Below, piece after piece: positions 1-11,456 of a stretch of DNA of 64,000 nucleotides. The translations under genes were made by a program, and so were the position numbers. The first letter of the stretch is position 1; every line of letters starts with the position of its first letter. The stretch is taken from contig NC_073403.1 of NCBI RefSeq assembly GCF_028641065.1, positions 24,490,001 to 24,554,000 of the forward strand, in the 5' to 3' direction. Below the pieces are notes generated by a model, which worked only from the letters and a program-made list of their open reading frames with translations, ran no database searches and was not told the origin of the DNA. This DNA comes from Leucoraja erinacea (taxonomy: Eukaryota).

Positions 1-97
1 CAGTCACGGAGAGAATGTACAAACTCCATACAGACGGCATCCGTAGTCAGAATTGAACCCGGGTCTCTGGAGCTGTGATGCAGCAACTCCACTGTGG
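1..97 (-). mobile_element. V-SINE/HE1-type tRNA-derived SINE, 5' part (cut by window edge)
   Basis: Reverse complement reads GAGTTGCTGCATCACAGCTCCAGAGACCCGGGTTCAATTCTGACTACGGATGCCGTCTGTATGGAGTTTGTACATTCTC: B-box plus V-domain, as in the other copies in the window. Confidence 0.8.
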
Positions 98-846
98 AAA
101 AAAATAATATTTTTCCTTTTCTAATCGTTGAACCAATGGATAACCAAGGTGGGAGAAAATAATGGGGATAGGCGGAAATGTAGGGTTGGTGTTATGATAT
201 TAAATGGAACATCCTTGAGAAATCGAGAGGCCTCTAAATCATATCTTCATGGCATAATTTACTTGAAACCTGTTATTTTAATGACAACTTAGATCCCATA
301 TAATCATTACACACAGGTATTAATTATCATGCACCAGATCTATCCAAAGCTGCTGCCTTAACAATGAAATTCAGTGCTCAGAAAAAAGATGCTGGGAGTC
401 AAATATTTAAACAACCATACAGCTTCTAACAGATGGACAGCTGAAATATCCAAATAAAGTTTCTGAGTCATATAACAAGGCCTAAAAATAGTGAGTGGAA
501 GTTTTCCAAATTTTTTTGCTTGGAAGCTTTACGAGATAGTGCCAAGAAAAGTATCATAAAATGTAAAATATTCTTGTAAATTAAGACTTGTGTTGAAAAA
601 CAATGTTGAAGCCATAACTTATTTGTGACTCTCTGAGAGGCACTTAGTTAAATTATCATTGAAATCATTAGCAGTCCCTTTGTGACCTGAACAATATCAG
701 ATTATATAAAGTAGCATGTTAAGCTTGCCCAGAACTCAATAGTGTTGTTATGTTAGTTTAGTTTAGTTAATTTTGGAGATACAGCATGGAAACAAACATT
801 TCGGCTCACCGAGTCTGCGCCAGCCAGCAATCACCCGTACACTAGT

Positions 847-1054
847 GTGTAGGAAAGAACTGTAGATGTTGGTTTAAATCTAAGATTTACACCAGCATTT
901 AGTGTCTCTCAGTGGGACAGGCAGCATCTCTGGAGAGAAGGAATGGGTGATGTTTCGGGTCGAGTCTGAAGAAAGGTCTCGACCCGAAACATCACCCATT
1001 CCTTCTCTCCAGAGATACTGCCTGTCCCGCTGAGTTATTCCAGCATGTTGTGTC
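847..1054. mobile_element. Penelope-derived inverted-pLTR (fold-back) element
   Basis: Arms ~908-964 and ~978-1036 are reverse complements; central CTGAAGA..GAAAC motif; 9-bp TSD TACACTAGT at 838-846 and 1055-1063. Confidence 0.8.
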
Positions 1055-1153
1055 TACACTAGTTCTATCCTACACACTAGGGACAATTTATTAACGGAAG
1101 CCAATTGGCGTACAAAACCTGCAAATCTTTGGAATGTGGGAGGAAACTGGAGC

Positions 1154-1233
1154 AAGTCAAGTCAAGTCACATTTATTTATATAGCACATTTAAAAAACAA
1201 CTCTCGTTGGCCAAAGTGCTTTACATTTGTTAT
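1154..1233 (-). mobile_element. L2-type LINE/SINE 3' tail inserted in the SINE
   Basis: Reverse strand reads TGTAAAGCACTTTGG..GTGCTATATAAATAAATG(TGACT)n. Confidence 0.6.
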
Positions 1234-2292
1234 AAGCACCCGGAGAAAACCTGCACAGTCATAGGGAGAACTTGCAAACTCAGTGCAGGCAAGATCGAAC
1301 CCAGGTCTTTGGCGCTGTAAGGCAGCAACTCTACCGATGTGCCCCTGTGCCATCCCTATAAAATTGCACGTGGTCAGTTTCTCCCAGCTAATTCATGAGT
1401 GAGCTGATTGTTCCACATTCATGATCAGCCATGATCACAGTGAATGGCGGTGCTGGCTAGAAGGGCCGAATGGCCTACTCATGGACCCATTGTTTACTGT
1501 CTATTTTGAGAAACTACACTAGTTGACAGGGAAGGGTAAGGAAAAGAGGAATACTATCGGGCTATTATCCCAGAGGTGGGCAGGGAACTGAGCTGGGCTG
1601 GGTTGATCTGAGTAAATCCAAACAAATATGTTTCCCTCCACACCCTGTGGAAACAGGCTGACTACCAGGTGGCACCTTTGTCATCAGCAAGGAGCAGGAA
1701 CAAAGAGAGATCTGAGACATTTGAGGAGATGAGAAGAGTTAACATGGAGATCTGGAATCATATTGGAACGGAGATGACCTTACAAACTGACTACATATCA
1801 TCACAAGAATGGTTATTTCCACCAATGTAATATCTTTATCCTTGCCCTCCCTAAATTCATTGTAAGCTTAAACTGCCATCTGATTCCCACCATCTACCTC
1901 CAGAACTTTAAGGCAATCAAAACATCTTCTGCCCTTGCACAACAAAGGCCTAATTAGCCTGCTCACAAATCATACTTTATTAATTAATCTAATTAAGTTG
2001 CAACAGAATTTTAAAGTCCCAACCCTGTCATCAAATTCTTTCTATAACTCACCATCTCATAACTCTGTGATCTCTTCAGTCAAGTGTGTTTTATTGTCAT
2101 ATGCCCCAAAACGGAACAATTAAATTCTTATTGGTAGCTGCACGACAGATATATAAACTGATATGCTTTGCGTGACATTGGTGTGACAACATTTGGAATA
2201 TCTTGTGCATTTCCGGTTGCCATGCTGTATAGAAGATCTGAATGAGCTAGAGAGGGTGCAGAACTCTGTAAATACCATACGAAACAACAAAA

Positions 2293-2646
2293 TTAGAAGT
2301 AGATGGCGGCGCTGGCTTAACAGCTGTGGCCCACCTGCAGTCCGTCTGTTTTTTTTCTTTCGTTTTGTTCCTTGTCATGTTTTAGCTAATTTTGTTTTAT
2401 TAAGTTGTGTATGTATGTGGGTGGGGTGGGAGAAACAATGCTTTGGCCTCTTCCTTCGGGGGATGCAACTTTTTCTTCAGTCGTATCCCCCGTCTCCGTC
2501 TGCGCCGAGGCCTAATGGCGGAGCTGGCGGCAACGGAGCTGTAGCGGAGGCAGCAACGGCGGAGACCTGACTCGGCCCTGGAGCTGTGGCAGCAGCAGCA
2601 GCAGCGGAGACCTGACTCGGCACCGAAGCTGTAGCGGCGGCGGCGG

Positions 2647-2677
<31 letters not shown>

Positions 2678-3018
2678 GACCTGACTCGGCACCGAAGATG
2701 TAGCGGCGGCAGCGGCAGCGGCAGCGGAGACCCGACTCGGCCTCTGAGCTGTGGCGAGGCAGCGACCACCCGCGGAGTTTGAACCGTCGCCTCGGCGCAG
2801 AGGGAGAACAAAGAGGGAAGAGCCAGAGACTTTAAGATTTTGCCTTCCACCACAGTGAGGAGGTGTTTGGTGAACTCACTGTGGTGGATGTTAAATTTGT
2901 GTTGACTATGTGTTTTGTCATTTTTTAAAATTATATGTATGACTGCAGGGAAACAGAATTTCGTTCAGACCGAAAGGTCTGAATGACAATAAACAAATCT
3001 AATCTAATCTAATCTAAT
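2293..3018 (+). mobile_element. Structured non-autonomous retroposon with Rex1/Babar-type tail (copy 1)
   Basis: Hairpins at 2457-2492, 2846-2888 and 2961-2986; ends TGACAATAAA plus (TCTAA)n; shares domains with 4911-5633, 51378-51810 and 54333-55002. Confidence 0.7.
2530..2762 (+). repeat. GC-rich minisatellite with (GCA/GCG)n tracts inside the retroposon
   Basis: GCGGAGACCTGACTCGGC occurs four times, separated by variable GCN triplet runs. Confidence 0.9.
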
Positions 3019-3083
3019 ATAAAAAACAATCAATAATGGTGCAAAGACAAAAGCAATGCTCACAAGTCTATGCAATTTGAAGC

Positions 3084-3250
3084 TTAGCTGGAGGCAATGG
3101 TTATCGAACAGGAAATGTTGCTGCCAATTCGTACTGGTGTTCTGTTCATGAGGAAGTCATCAATCCAGTTTCTGAGGGACGGGCAGAGACTCAGTTCCCT
3201 GAGCTTGGTGACCAGTTTGGAGGGGATGATGGTGTTAAACACTGAGCTGT
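3084..3250 (-). pseudogene. Rex1/Babar LINE reverse transcriptase fragment (its 3' tail is probably at ~2070-2160)
   Basis: FNTIIPSKLVTKLRELSLCPSLRNWIDDFL..VRIG matches the Rex1/Babar RT motif. Confidence 0.8.
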
Positions 3251-3394
3251 TCTTTAAGGGATCCTTCAAGGAATTTGCATTTCACACCCTCAACCCCACT
3301 CCAGACATACACCACAATTTTAGTCTCTTGGACATCTGCATGGTATTCTAGCCTGGACGATTCGATCACATAAGATGCAATGTGAACTAGCCAA

Positions 3395-4445
3395 ACAGAC
3401 ACAAAATTGGCTTGGTGGAAGGAGTCAGAGGGTTGTTTTTCAGATTGGAGGCTTGTGACCGATGGTGTGTCATTAGTTTTTCATTGCTAAATCCCTGTTT
3501 TTTGGCATTTATTAACAGTTTGGATGAGAATGTAGGTGGTATGATTAATGAGTTCGCAGATGACACCAAAATTGATGGTGTAATGGACAGTGAAGTAGGT
3601 TACAACAGGGACTGGACCAAATGAAAAAGTGAGCAAAATAATTGCCGATGGGATTTAAGTCAGACAAGTACAAAGTGATGCTTTTTGAGACAGTGAACCT
3701 GAACAATAAAGTTGATGGCAGGACCCTGGAGAGTGTGGAACTGAGAGACCTTGGGATACAACCACATATTTCCTTGAAAGTGGCAACACAGTTATACAGG
3801 ATGATGAAGAAGGTGCACGGTGGGTTTGCCTTCATCGGTTGGGGCACAGAGTACAAGGGTTGAGATGTCCTGTTACAACTTTGTATGACAGAGGTGAGAC
3901 CAGATTTGGAGTATTGCATGCAGTTCTGGTTACCATGCTGTAAGAAAGACCTGATTGAAATAGAGAGGGTGCAGAAAAGATTAATTCACAAAGATGTTGC
4001 TGGAGGGCTTGAGTTGTAAGGAGAGACTGGATAGATGGGAACTTTTTCTCTGGAAATAAAGAGGCTGAAGGGTGACCTTATTGAAGCATTAAACCATGAA
4101 GGGCATTGTTTAGGTGGATGGTCACAGTTTTTTTCCCCAGAGTAGAGAATCTAAAACTAGAGGCCATAGGTTGGTGGTAAGAGAGGAAATATTTAAAGGC
4201 ATCTGAGGGGCATGTTTTTCACACTGAGAGTAGCAGATATGTGGATCGCTTTGCCAGAGAAAGTGGGAAAGACTGGAACAATTATGAAGAGATTATAAAA
4301 GCATTTGAATATATACATGGTTAGGAAAGGTTTAGAGGAACATGGCCAAAATGCAAGATAATGGGACTGGCTCAGTTTGGCACTTTAGTTGGCATGGATG
4401 AGTTGGACCCAAGAGCCCATTTCTGTGCTGTTTAACTCTATGACT
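3395..4445 (+). mobile_element. CR1 LINE, degenerate 3' RT region and tail
   Basis: FINSLDE..FADDTKI, RDLG, LEYCMQFW motifs with stops; CR1 tail ..GCCCATTTCTGTGCTGTTTAACTCTATGACT. Confidence 0.9.
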
Positions 4446-4517
4446 ATCTCACATTTGATTCACTGGGGTGGCACAGATTTGCAGCAGTAGAGTTGCTGCC
4501 TCACAGCACCAGAGACC

Positions 4518-6701
4518 CAGGGCCAGATTTAGGTGAAGAGAGGCTCTAGGCTATTCCATTTGTGTGGCCCCTGCCAATCCCCCACCCCCACGATGAGAGG
4601 AAGACGGAAGAGTCCACCTGATCCACCAATATGCAGCCGAGCGTGGCCAATGAGATAAGGGCTGGAAAGCTGAGCTTTTTATTTATTGCCAGTGTTAGTG
4701 TCGAGTTATCGCCTTAAAACGCTATTATTCTGAATTGGAGGGCAAGGAAAATTACTGAAGTGTTGTTTAGAGACTACATTGCGTTGTGACAGCATATATA
4801 AGAAAGGCCTATGATAGTGTCAAAAATATTATACACCAGGCCCGTATGAAACTTTTCAAAAAGGTGGGAGGCATGGCAGGATTACAAAAAATGTATGTGA
4901 AATAAGTGCAACAACAACAACAACAACAGACATTTATTATCACATACACCAATTGGTGTCGTGAAATTTGATTTGCCATTGCAGCACACAAATAAAAATA
5001 AGACACAACATTAAAGAATTTAACAATAAACATAAAAACATCTCCCACAATGGTACCCACTGTGAGGGAAGGCAGCAAAGTCCAGTCCTATCCCCTGTTC
5101 ACCCATGGTCGGGCCTATTGTGCCTCTGCAGTCGCCGCTTCAGCAGCCCGATGCTTCAGGCCCTCTCACCGGATGATGGAACTCCGGCATCAGAAGAACA
5201 CTCTCAGCGGCTTGGAGTGTCTGGAGCGGCCGCTTCCTCCCCGGAGACCACGGCTCCCGAAGACCACGGGCCGCGCTGGTCTGAGCTCCGACACTGACGA
5301 CCTCGGCGTGCGATTCCAGGCTCCACGATGTTTAAAGTACAGCGCGGCCCGCGGCTGGATGCCCGCAGCCACAGCTCCTCGGATGTTGGAGTCGGCGGTC
5401 TCAGCACTCTGGAGCCCACCGACCCAGGTAAGGCATCGCCCACTCCACGATGGTGCTTCAGTGCTCTGCCGCTGTTCTGGCAGGAAAACGCAAGGAAGGG
5501 GCGAAAATACGGCTCTGAGAAAAGCCGCATCTCCGACCAGGTAAGGACTGAGAAAAATAGTTTCCCCCTTTCCCCCCCCCCACCCCCCACACAAAAAAGA
5601 CTAGAAGACCTCGAAAACAAACACTTTTAACTCATAACTGCACGCAGCACATATCACAAGCACGAAGCTCAAAGACCCTTGCGGCCAGCTTAAGGGCCCT
5701 GGAAGCTCTGGTACATTCTGAGCCTTATTTTGGATCATTTTTGCGCCAAATTTATGGCCAATATTTCAGAAATAATTTTGCTTGAGTCAAGAGTAATGAG
5801 TAGTTGGAATGGGATGATTGGGGTCATTGTTGTATACATTTTTTTTAAATCAAGAATTGAAGCTGTCCTTGTTTTAATAATCAAGTTGTACTGTAAAATT
5901 TTATGTAAAATGTTATAAAGGAGCATGCAAACAATGCAAATAAAATACTGTAAGTTTTTGCAGTAAATAAAACCATTTTTTAGAAAATGTTTTGTGTGTT
6001 GATTTGATTGCGTGTTACTGTTCGACTGTGTTAGTGTGTGCACATTAAAAATATGATGCAAAATAAAAGTCACAAACTATGGAATACATATTTTTCAGTA
6101 TTGTTATCAAGGAAAAGAAAGCAGTTACAATTGTTTGATATTATTCATATGGAGGAGAAAATATAATTGCTCTAAAACCTACCTTAATTTTGCAATCTCA
6201 CTAAAGATAATCCCCCTTTCCCTCTCCCTCTCCTCCTTCCCCCTCCCCTCCCTCCCTCCATCTCTCCCTCCCTCCCCCGCAGCGAGGCTCCGACTCCCAC
6301 AGACAGCGAGCCCCCCCCGGGCCAGAGAAATGGGCACTCCGCAACGCAATATTCCACTACTTACCAGACACCTAGGATCCGCACGAGGCCCCCCCCCCCC
6401 CCCCCGCCCGGGCCCACCGGCCCGGAGAGACAACGTCGCCACTCCCGCTTCCCCCAACGCAATGGTCGCAATTTTTATCCCACTACTTCCAGTGGGCCAG
6501 AACCAGAAGTGGTAACCTAGCGATCAATTTTTTTTTTAGACACGAGGATTTTGACTTGGCTGAAAAAAACCCTTGGCTAGATTTTGAGGCCCTAGGCTTC
6601 AGCCTATGAAGCCTGTAGGTAAATCCGGCCCTGCTGAGGTCCCCCTAGATCTCGAGGCTCTAAGCTTAAACTTGTGAAGTTTATACGTAAATCCGGCCCT
6701 G
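4518..6701. mobile_element. Non-autonomous TIR DNA transposon, probably hAT
   Basis: Left end CAGGGCCAGATTTA; right ends TAAATCCGGCCCTG at 6620-6633 and 6688-6701; no transposase ORF; no TSD visible. Confidence 0.7.
4911..5633 (-). mobile_element. Structured non-autonomous retroposon (copy 2), nested in the hAT-like element
   Basis: TSD ATAAGTGCA (4902-4910) and ATAACTGCA (5634-5642); tail TGATAATAAA plus (GTT)n; shared hairpin domains. Confidence 0.75.
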
Positions 6702-7685
6702 ACTGTGGGTGCTGTCTGTATGGAGTTTTACGTTCTCCCTGTGACGGTGTGGATTTTCTCCGGGTGCTTCAATTTCCTCCCACATTCCAAAGGCGTATAG
6801 ATTTGTAAGTTAGTTGGCTTCAATAAAGATTATAACATTTTAGTTTACAGTGTGTTTGTTGGTTGGCATGGATTCGGTGGGCCGATGGGCCTATTTCCGT
6901 GCTGTATCTCAAAAGTTTAAAGTCACTCCAGCATTGGCTTGTATATGGAACAAACATACGGAGGAGGTAGTTGAGGCAGTTATTATCATAACGTTAGAAG
7001 CATTTGAACAGTTACATAGATAGGATAGGTTTAGAGGAATATTGGCCAAACGCGTGCAGGTGGGACTAGTGTAGATGGAGTATAGTTAGTGGAGTGGGCT
7101 AGTTGGGCCACTGTTTTCATGCTGTATGACTACGATGTTAATGTTGTAAAAAGTGGAGAAATCCTGCATGTTGAAAGGAAATAATTGCAAATAAGACAAC
7201 ATTCAATGCAGTGCCAAAAAATTCTCATCCAAATAACAGTTAGCTGATCTTTATTATGCCATGGATCTTCACCAGCCAGCTAAATTCACTTTATGTCAAA
7301 TGATAAAGCGTGAAGATATAAAGATGATACTGCATTAAACATGATCTACAAATAATTTTTAAATTGTAATCTTTTTATTATTGTCTTCATGCATATACAG
7401 TATGAAATGTTCCCTGTAATTATAACTCAGTCATGAATTGTTTGTTTTCTTGTTTTGCATAAACTATTTGGAACATTGAATTAAGTTTGACATAATGTTC
7501 CATTATTTTTTAAGATAGCAGTGATGGTTTATGATCACATTCAATAAATTTAATAGCTAAAAGCAATTACCAGACAAGGTTTATGATAATTCCGCCAATA
7601 TCAACAGAGCCTTACCAGAACCAGTTTAAGGAAAGTCATTCTCACAAGTAAGGTCACTTAAAAGTGATCTAAACACGAGAGATAA

Positions 7686-7980
7686 TTTAGTTTAGTTTAT
7701 TGTCACGCAGAGGAACAGTGAAAAGCTTTTTTGTTGCTTGCTATCCAGTCAGCGGAAAGACGATACTTGATTACAATCAAACCATCCGCAATGTGCAGAT
7801 AAGGATAAAGGGAATAACTTTTAGCACAAGATAAAGTCCAGTAAGGTCCAATAAAAGCTAAGACAAGGGTCTCCAATGAGGTAAATGGTAGGTCAGGACC
7901 GCTCTCTAGTTGGTAATAGGATGGTTCAGTTGCCTGATAACAGTTGGGAAGAAACTGTCCCTGAATCTGGACGTGTGCGC
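7686..7980 (-). mobile_element. Rex1/Babar-type 3' tail element (duplicated at ~12440-12740)
   Basis: Reverse strand encodes RFRDSFFPTVIRQLN, followed by a 3' UTR ending TGACAATAAA(CTAAA)n. Confidence 0.75.
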
Positions 7981-8174
7981 AAAGTGAAAGCCTCTGAGAG
8001 GCATGAAACCAATATCATTCTTACAGCAGACGGCACAGAAAATAAAGACACTAGGAACTGCAGATACTGTCTCACAAAAAAAGACACAAAGTGGGCTGGA
8101 GTAACTCAACGTGTCAGGCAGCATCTCTGGAGAACATGGATAGCTGATTTTTCAGGTCAGGACCCTTCTTCAAC

Positions 8175-9109
8175 TAGAATTTAGAGGATTGAGGGGGGAT
8201 CTGATAGAAACATACAAAGTTCTTAAGGGGTTGGACAGGCTAGTTGCAGGAAGATTGATCCCGATGTTGGGGAAGTCCAGAACAAGGGATCACAGTTTAA
8301 GAATAAAGGGGAAATCTTTTAGGACTGAGCTGAGAAAAACCTTTTTTTACACGACAGTGAACCTGAACAATAAAGTTGATGGCAGGACCCTGGAGAGTGT
8401 GGAACTGAGAGACCTTGGGATACAACCACATATTTCCTTGAAAGCGGCAACACAGTTATACAGGATGATGAAGAAGGTGTACGGTGGGTTTGCCTTCATC
8501 GGTTGGGGCACAGAGTACAAGGGTTGAGATGTCCTGTTACAACTTTGTATGACAGAGGTGAGACCAGATTTGGAGTATTGCATGCAGTTCTGGTTACCAT
8601 GCTGTAAGAAAGACCTGATTGAAATAGAGAGGGTGCAGAAAAGATTAATTCACAAAGATGTTGCTGGAGGGCTTGAGTTGTAAGGAGAGACTGGATAGAT
8701 GGGAACTTTTTCTCTGGAAATAAAGAGGCTGAAGGGTGACCTTATTGAAGCATTAAACCATGAAGGGCATTGTTTAGGTGGATGGTCACAGTTTTTTCCC
8801 CCAGAGTAGAGAATCTAAAACTACAGGCCATAGGTTGGTGGTAAGAGAGGAAATATTTAAAGGCATCTGAGGGGCATGTTTTTCACACTGAGAGTAGCAG
8901 ATATGTGGATCGCTTTGCCAGAGAAAGTGGGAAAGACTGGAACAATTATGAAGAGATTATAAAAGCATTTTAATATATACATGGTTAGGAAAGGTTTAGA
9001 GGAACATGGCCAAAATGCAAGATAATGGGACTGGCTCAGTTTGGCACTTTAGTTGGCATGGATGAGTTGGACCCAAGAGCCCATTTCTGTGCTGTTTAAC
9101 TCTATGACT
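8175..9109 (+). mobile_element. Chimeric CR1 created at the duplication junction (8352/8353)
   Basis: Frame RGDLIETYK..RKTFF jumps back to TVNLNNKVDGRTLESVELRDLG of the other CR1 copy. Confidence 0.85.
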
Positions 9110-9181
9110 ATCTCACATTTTATTCACTGGGGTGGCACAGATTTGCAGCAGTAGAGTTGCTGCCTCACAGCACCAGAGACC

Positions 9182-11456
9182 CAGGGCCAGATTTAGATGA
9201 AGAGAGGCTCTAGGCTATTCCATTTGTGTGGCCCCTGCCAATCCCCCACCCCCACGATGAGAGGAAGACGGAAGAGTCCACCTGATCCACCAATATGCAG
9301 CCGAGCGTGGCCAATGAGATAAGGGCTGGAAAGCTGAGCTTTTTATTTATTGCCAGTGTTAGTGTCGAGTTATCGCCTTAAAACGCTATTATTCTGAATT
9401 GGAGGGCAAAGAAAATTACTGAAGTGTTGTTTAGAGACTACAGTGCGTTGTGACAGCATATGTAAGAAAGGCCTATGACAGTGTCAAAAATATTATACAC
9501 CAGGCCCGTATGAAACTTTTCAAAAAGGTGGGAGGCATGGCAGGATTACAAAAAATGTATGTGAAATAAGTGCAACAACAACAACAACAACAGACATTTA
9601 TTATCACATACACCAATTGGTGTCGTGAAATTTGATTTGCCATTGCAGCACACAAATAAAAATAAGACACAACATTAAAGAATTTAACAATAAACATAAA
9701 AACATCTCCCACAATGGTACCCACTGTGAGGGAAGGCAGCAAAGTCCAGTCCTATCCCCTGTTCACCCATGGTTGTGCCTATTGAGGCCTCTGCAGTCGC
9801 CGCTTCGACAGCCCGATGCTTCAGGCCCTCTCACCGGATGATGGAACTCCGGCATCAGAAGAACACTCTCAGCGGCTTGGAGTGTCTGGAGCGGCCGCTT
9901 CCTCCCCGGAGACCACGGCTCCCGAAGACCACGGGCCGCGCTGGTCTGAGCTCCGACACTGGCGACCTCGGCGTGAGATTCCAGGCTCCACGATGTTTAA
10001 AGTACAGCGCGGCCCGCGGCTGGACGCCCGCAGCCACAGCTCCTCGGATGTTGGAGTCGGCGGTCTCAGCACTCTGGAGCCCACCGACCCAGGTAAGGCA
10101 TCGCCCACTCCACGATGGTGCTTCAGTGCTGTGCCGCTGTTCTGGCAGGAAAACGCGAGGAAGGGGCGAAAATACGGCTCTGAGAAAAGCCGCATCTCCG
10201 ACCAGGTAAGGACTGAGAAAAATAGTTTCCCCCTTTCCCCCCCCACCCCCCACATAAAAAAACTAGAAGACCTCGAAAGCAAACATTTTTAACTCATAAC
10301 TGCACGCAGCATATATCACAAGCATGAAGCTCAAAGACCCTTGCGGCCAGCTTAAGGGCCCTGGAAGCTCTGGTGCATTCTGAGCCTTATTTTGGATCAT
10401 TTTTGCGCCAAATTTATGGCCAATATTTCAGAAATAATTTTGCTTGAGTCAAGAGTAATGAGTGGTTGGACTGGGATGATTGGGGTCATTGTTGTATACA
10501 TTTTTTTTAAATCAAGAATTGAAGCTGTCCTTGTTTTAATAATCAAGTTGTACTGTAAAATGTTATGTAAAATGTTATAAAGGAGCATGCAAACAATGCA
10601 AATAAAATACTGTAAGTTTTTGCAGTAAATAAAACCGTTTTTTAGAAAATGTTTTGTGTGTTGATTTGATTGCGTGTTACTGTTCGACTGTGTTAGTGTG
10701 TGCACATTAAAAATATGATGCAAAATGAAAGTCGCAAACTATGGAATACATATTTTTCAGTATTGTTATCAAGGAAAAGAAAGCAGTTCCAATTGTTTGA
10801 TATTATTCATATGGAGGAGAAAATATAATTGCTCTAAAACCTACCTTAATTTTGCAATCTCACTAAAGATAATCCCCCTTTCCCTCTCCCTCTCCTCCTT
10901 CCCCCTCCCTCTCCCTCCCCCCCCTCTCTCTCCCTCCCACGCAGCGAGGCTCCGACTCCGCGCCACAGACACCGCAGCCCCCCCCCGGCCCAGAGAAATG
11001 GGCACTCCCGCAACGCAATATTCCACTACTTACCTGGAGTAGACACCTAGGATCTTCGGTAGACACGAGGCATCATGATTGTGTGGAGTGCAAATGGAGA
11101 TCTGAACCCGCCCGGGCCCACCGCGCACGTGCGGATAGACAGCGTCATTTTGCGTCGCCACTGCCTCACTGGCTTCCCCCAACTGCGCAGGAGCGGATGG
11201 TCGCAATTTTTATCCCCAAAACTTCCAGTGGGCCAGAACCAGAAGTGGTAACGCAGATAGCGATCCAATTTTTTTTTTTTTCTCAGGATTTTTTTTACTC
11301 TGGGGAAAAAAACACCTTGGCTGGAAGCCCCCTAGATTTTGAGGCCCTAGGCTTCAGCCTATGAAGCCTGTAGGTAAATCCGGCCCTGCTGAGGCCCCCC
11401 TAGATCTCGAGGCTCTAAGCTTAAACTTGTGAAGTTTATACGTAAATCCGGCCCTG
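9182..11456. mobile_element. Second copy of the hAT-like element
   Basis: Same TIRs and double right end as 4518-6701. Confidence 0.7.
9575..10295 (-). mobile_element. Duplicated copy of the structured retroposon at 4911-5633
   Basis: Near-identical sequence with the same TSD. Confidence 0.75.

Larger units (their letters stand above)
752..1356 (-). mobile_element. Full-length V-SINE/HE1 SINE interrupted by two insertions
   Basis: tRNA-like head near 1290-1356, V-domain, CR1-derived tail ending in (CTAAA)n at 752-775. Confidence 0.8.
4465..6925 (+). mobile_element. V-SINE/HE1 split by a DNA transposon (head 4465-4517, body 6702-6925); duplicated at ~9129-11680
   Basis: Head ends ..CAGCACCAGAGACC; SINE resumes at ACTGTGGGTGCTGTCTGTATGGAG. 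Confidence 0.85.

Noticed and set aside
2477-2853. Poly-Ala and poly-Leu ORFs resembling a transcription-factor exon
   Set aside because: They come from GCN triplet runs inside a dispersed retroposon; no splice or domain support.
5050-5630. Overlapping 100-160-aa ORFs on both strands (also 9769-10292)
   Set aside because: GC-rich TE interior lacking stops; the frames differ between the two duplicate copies.
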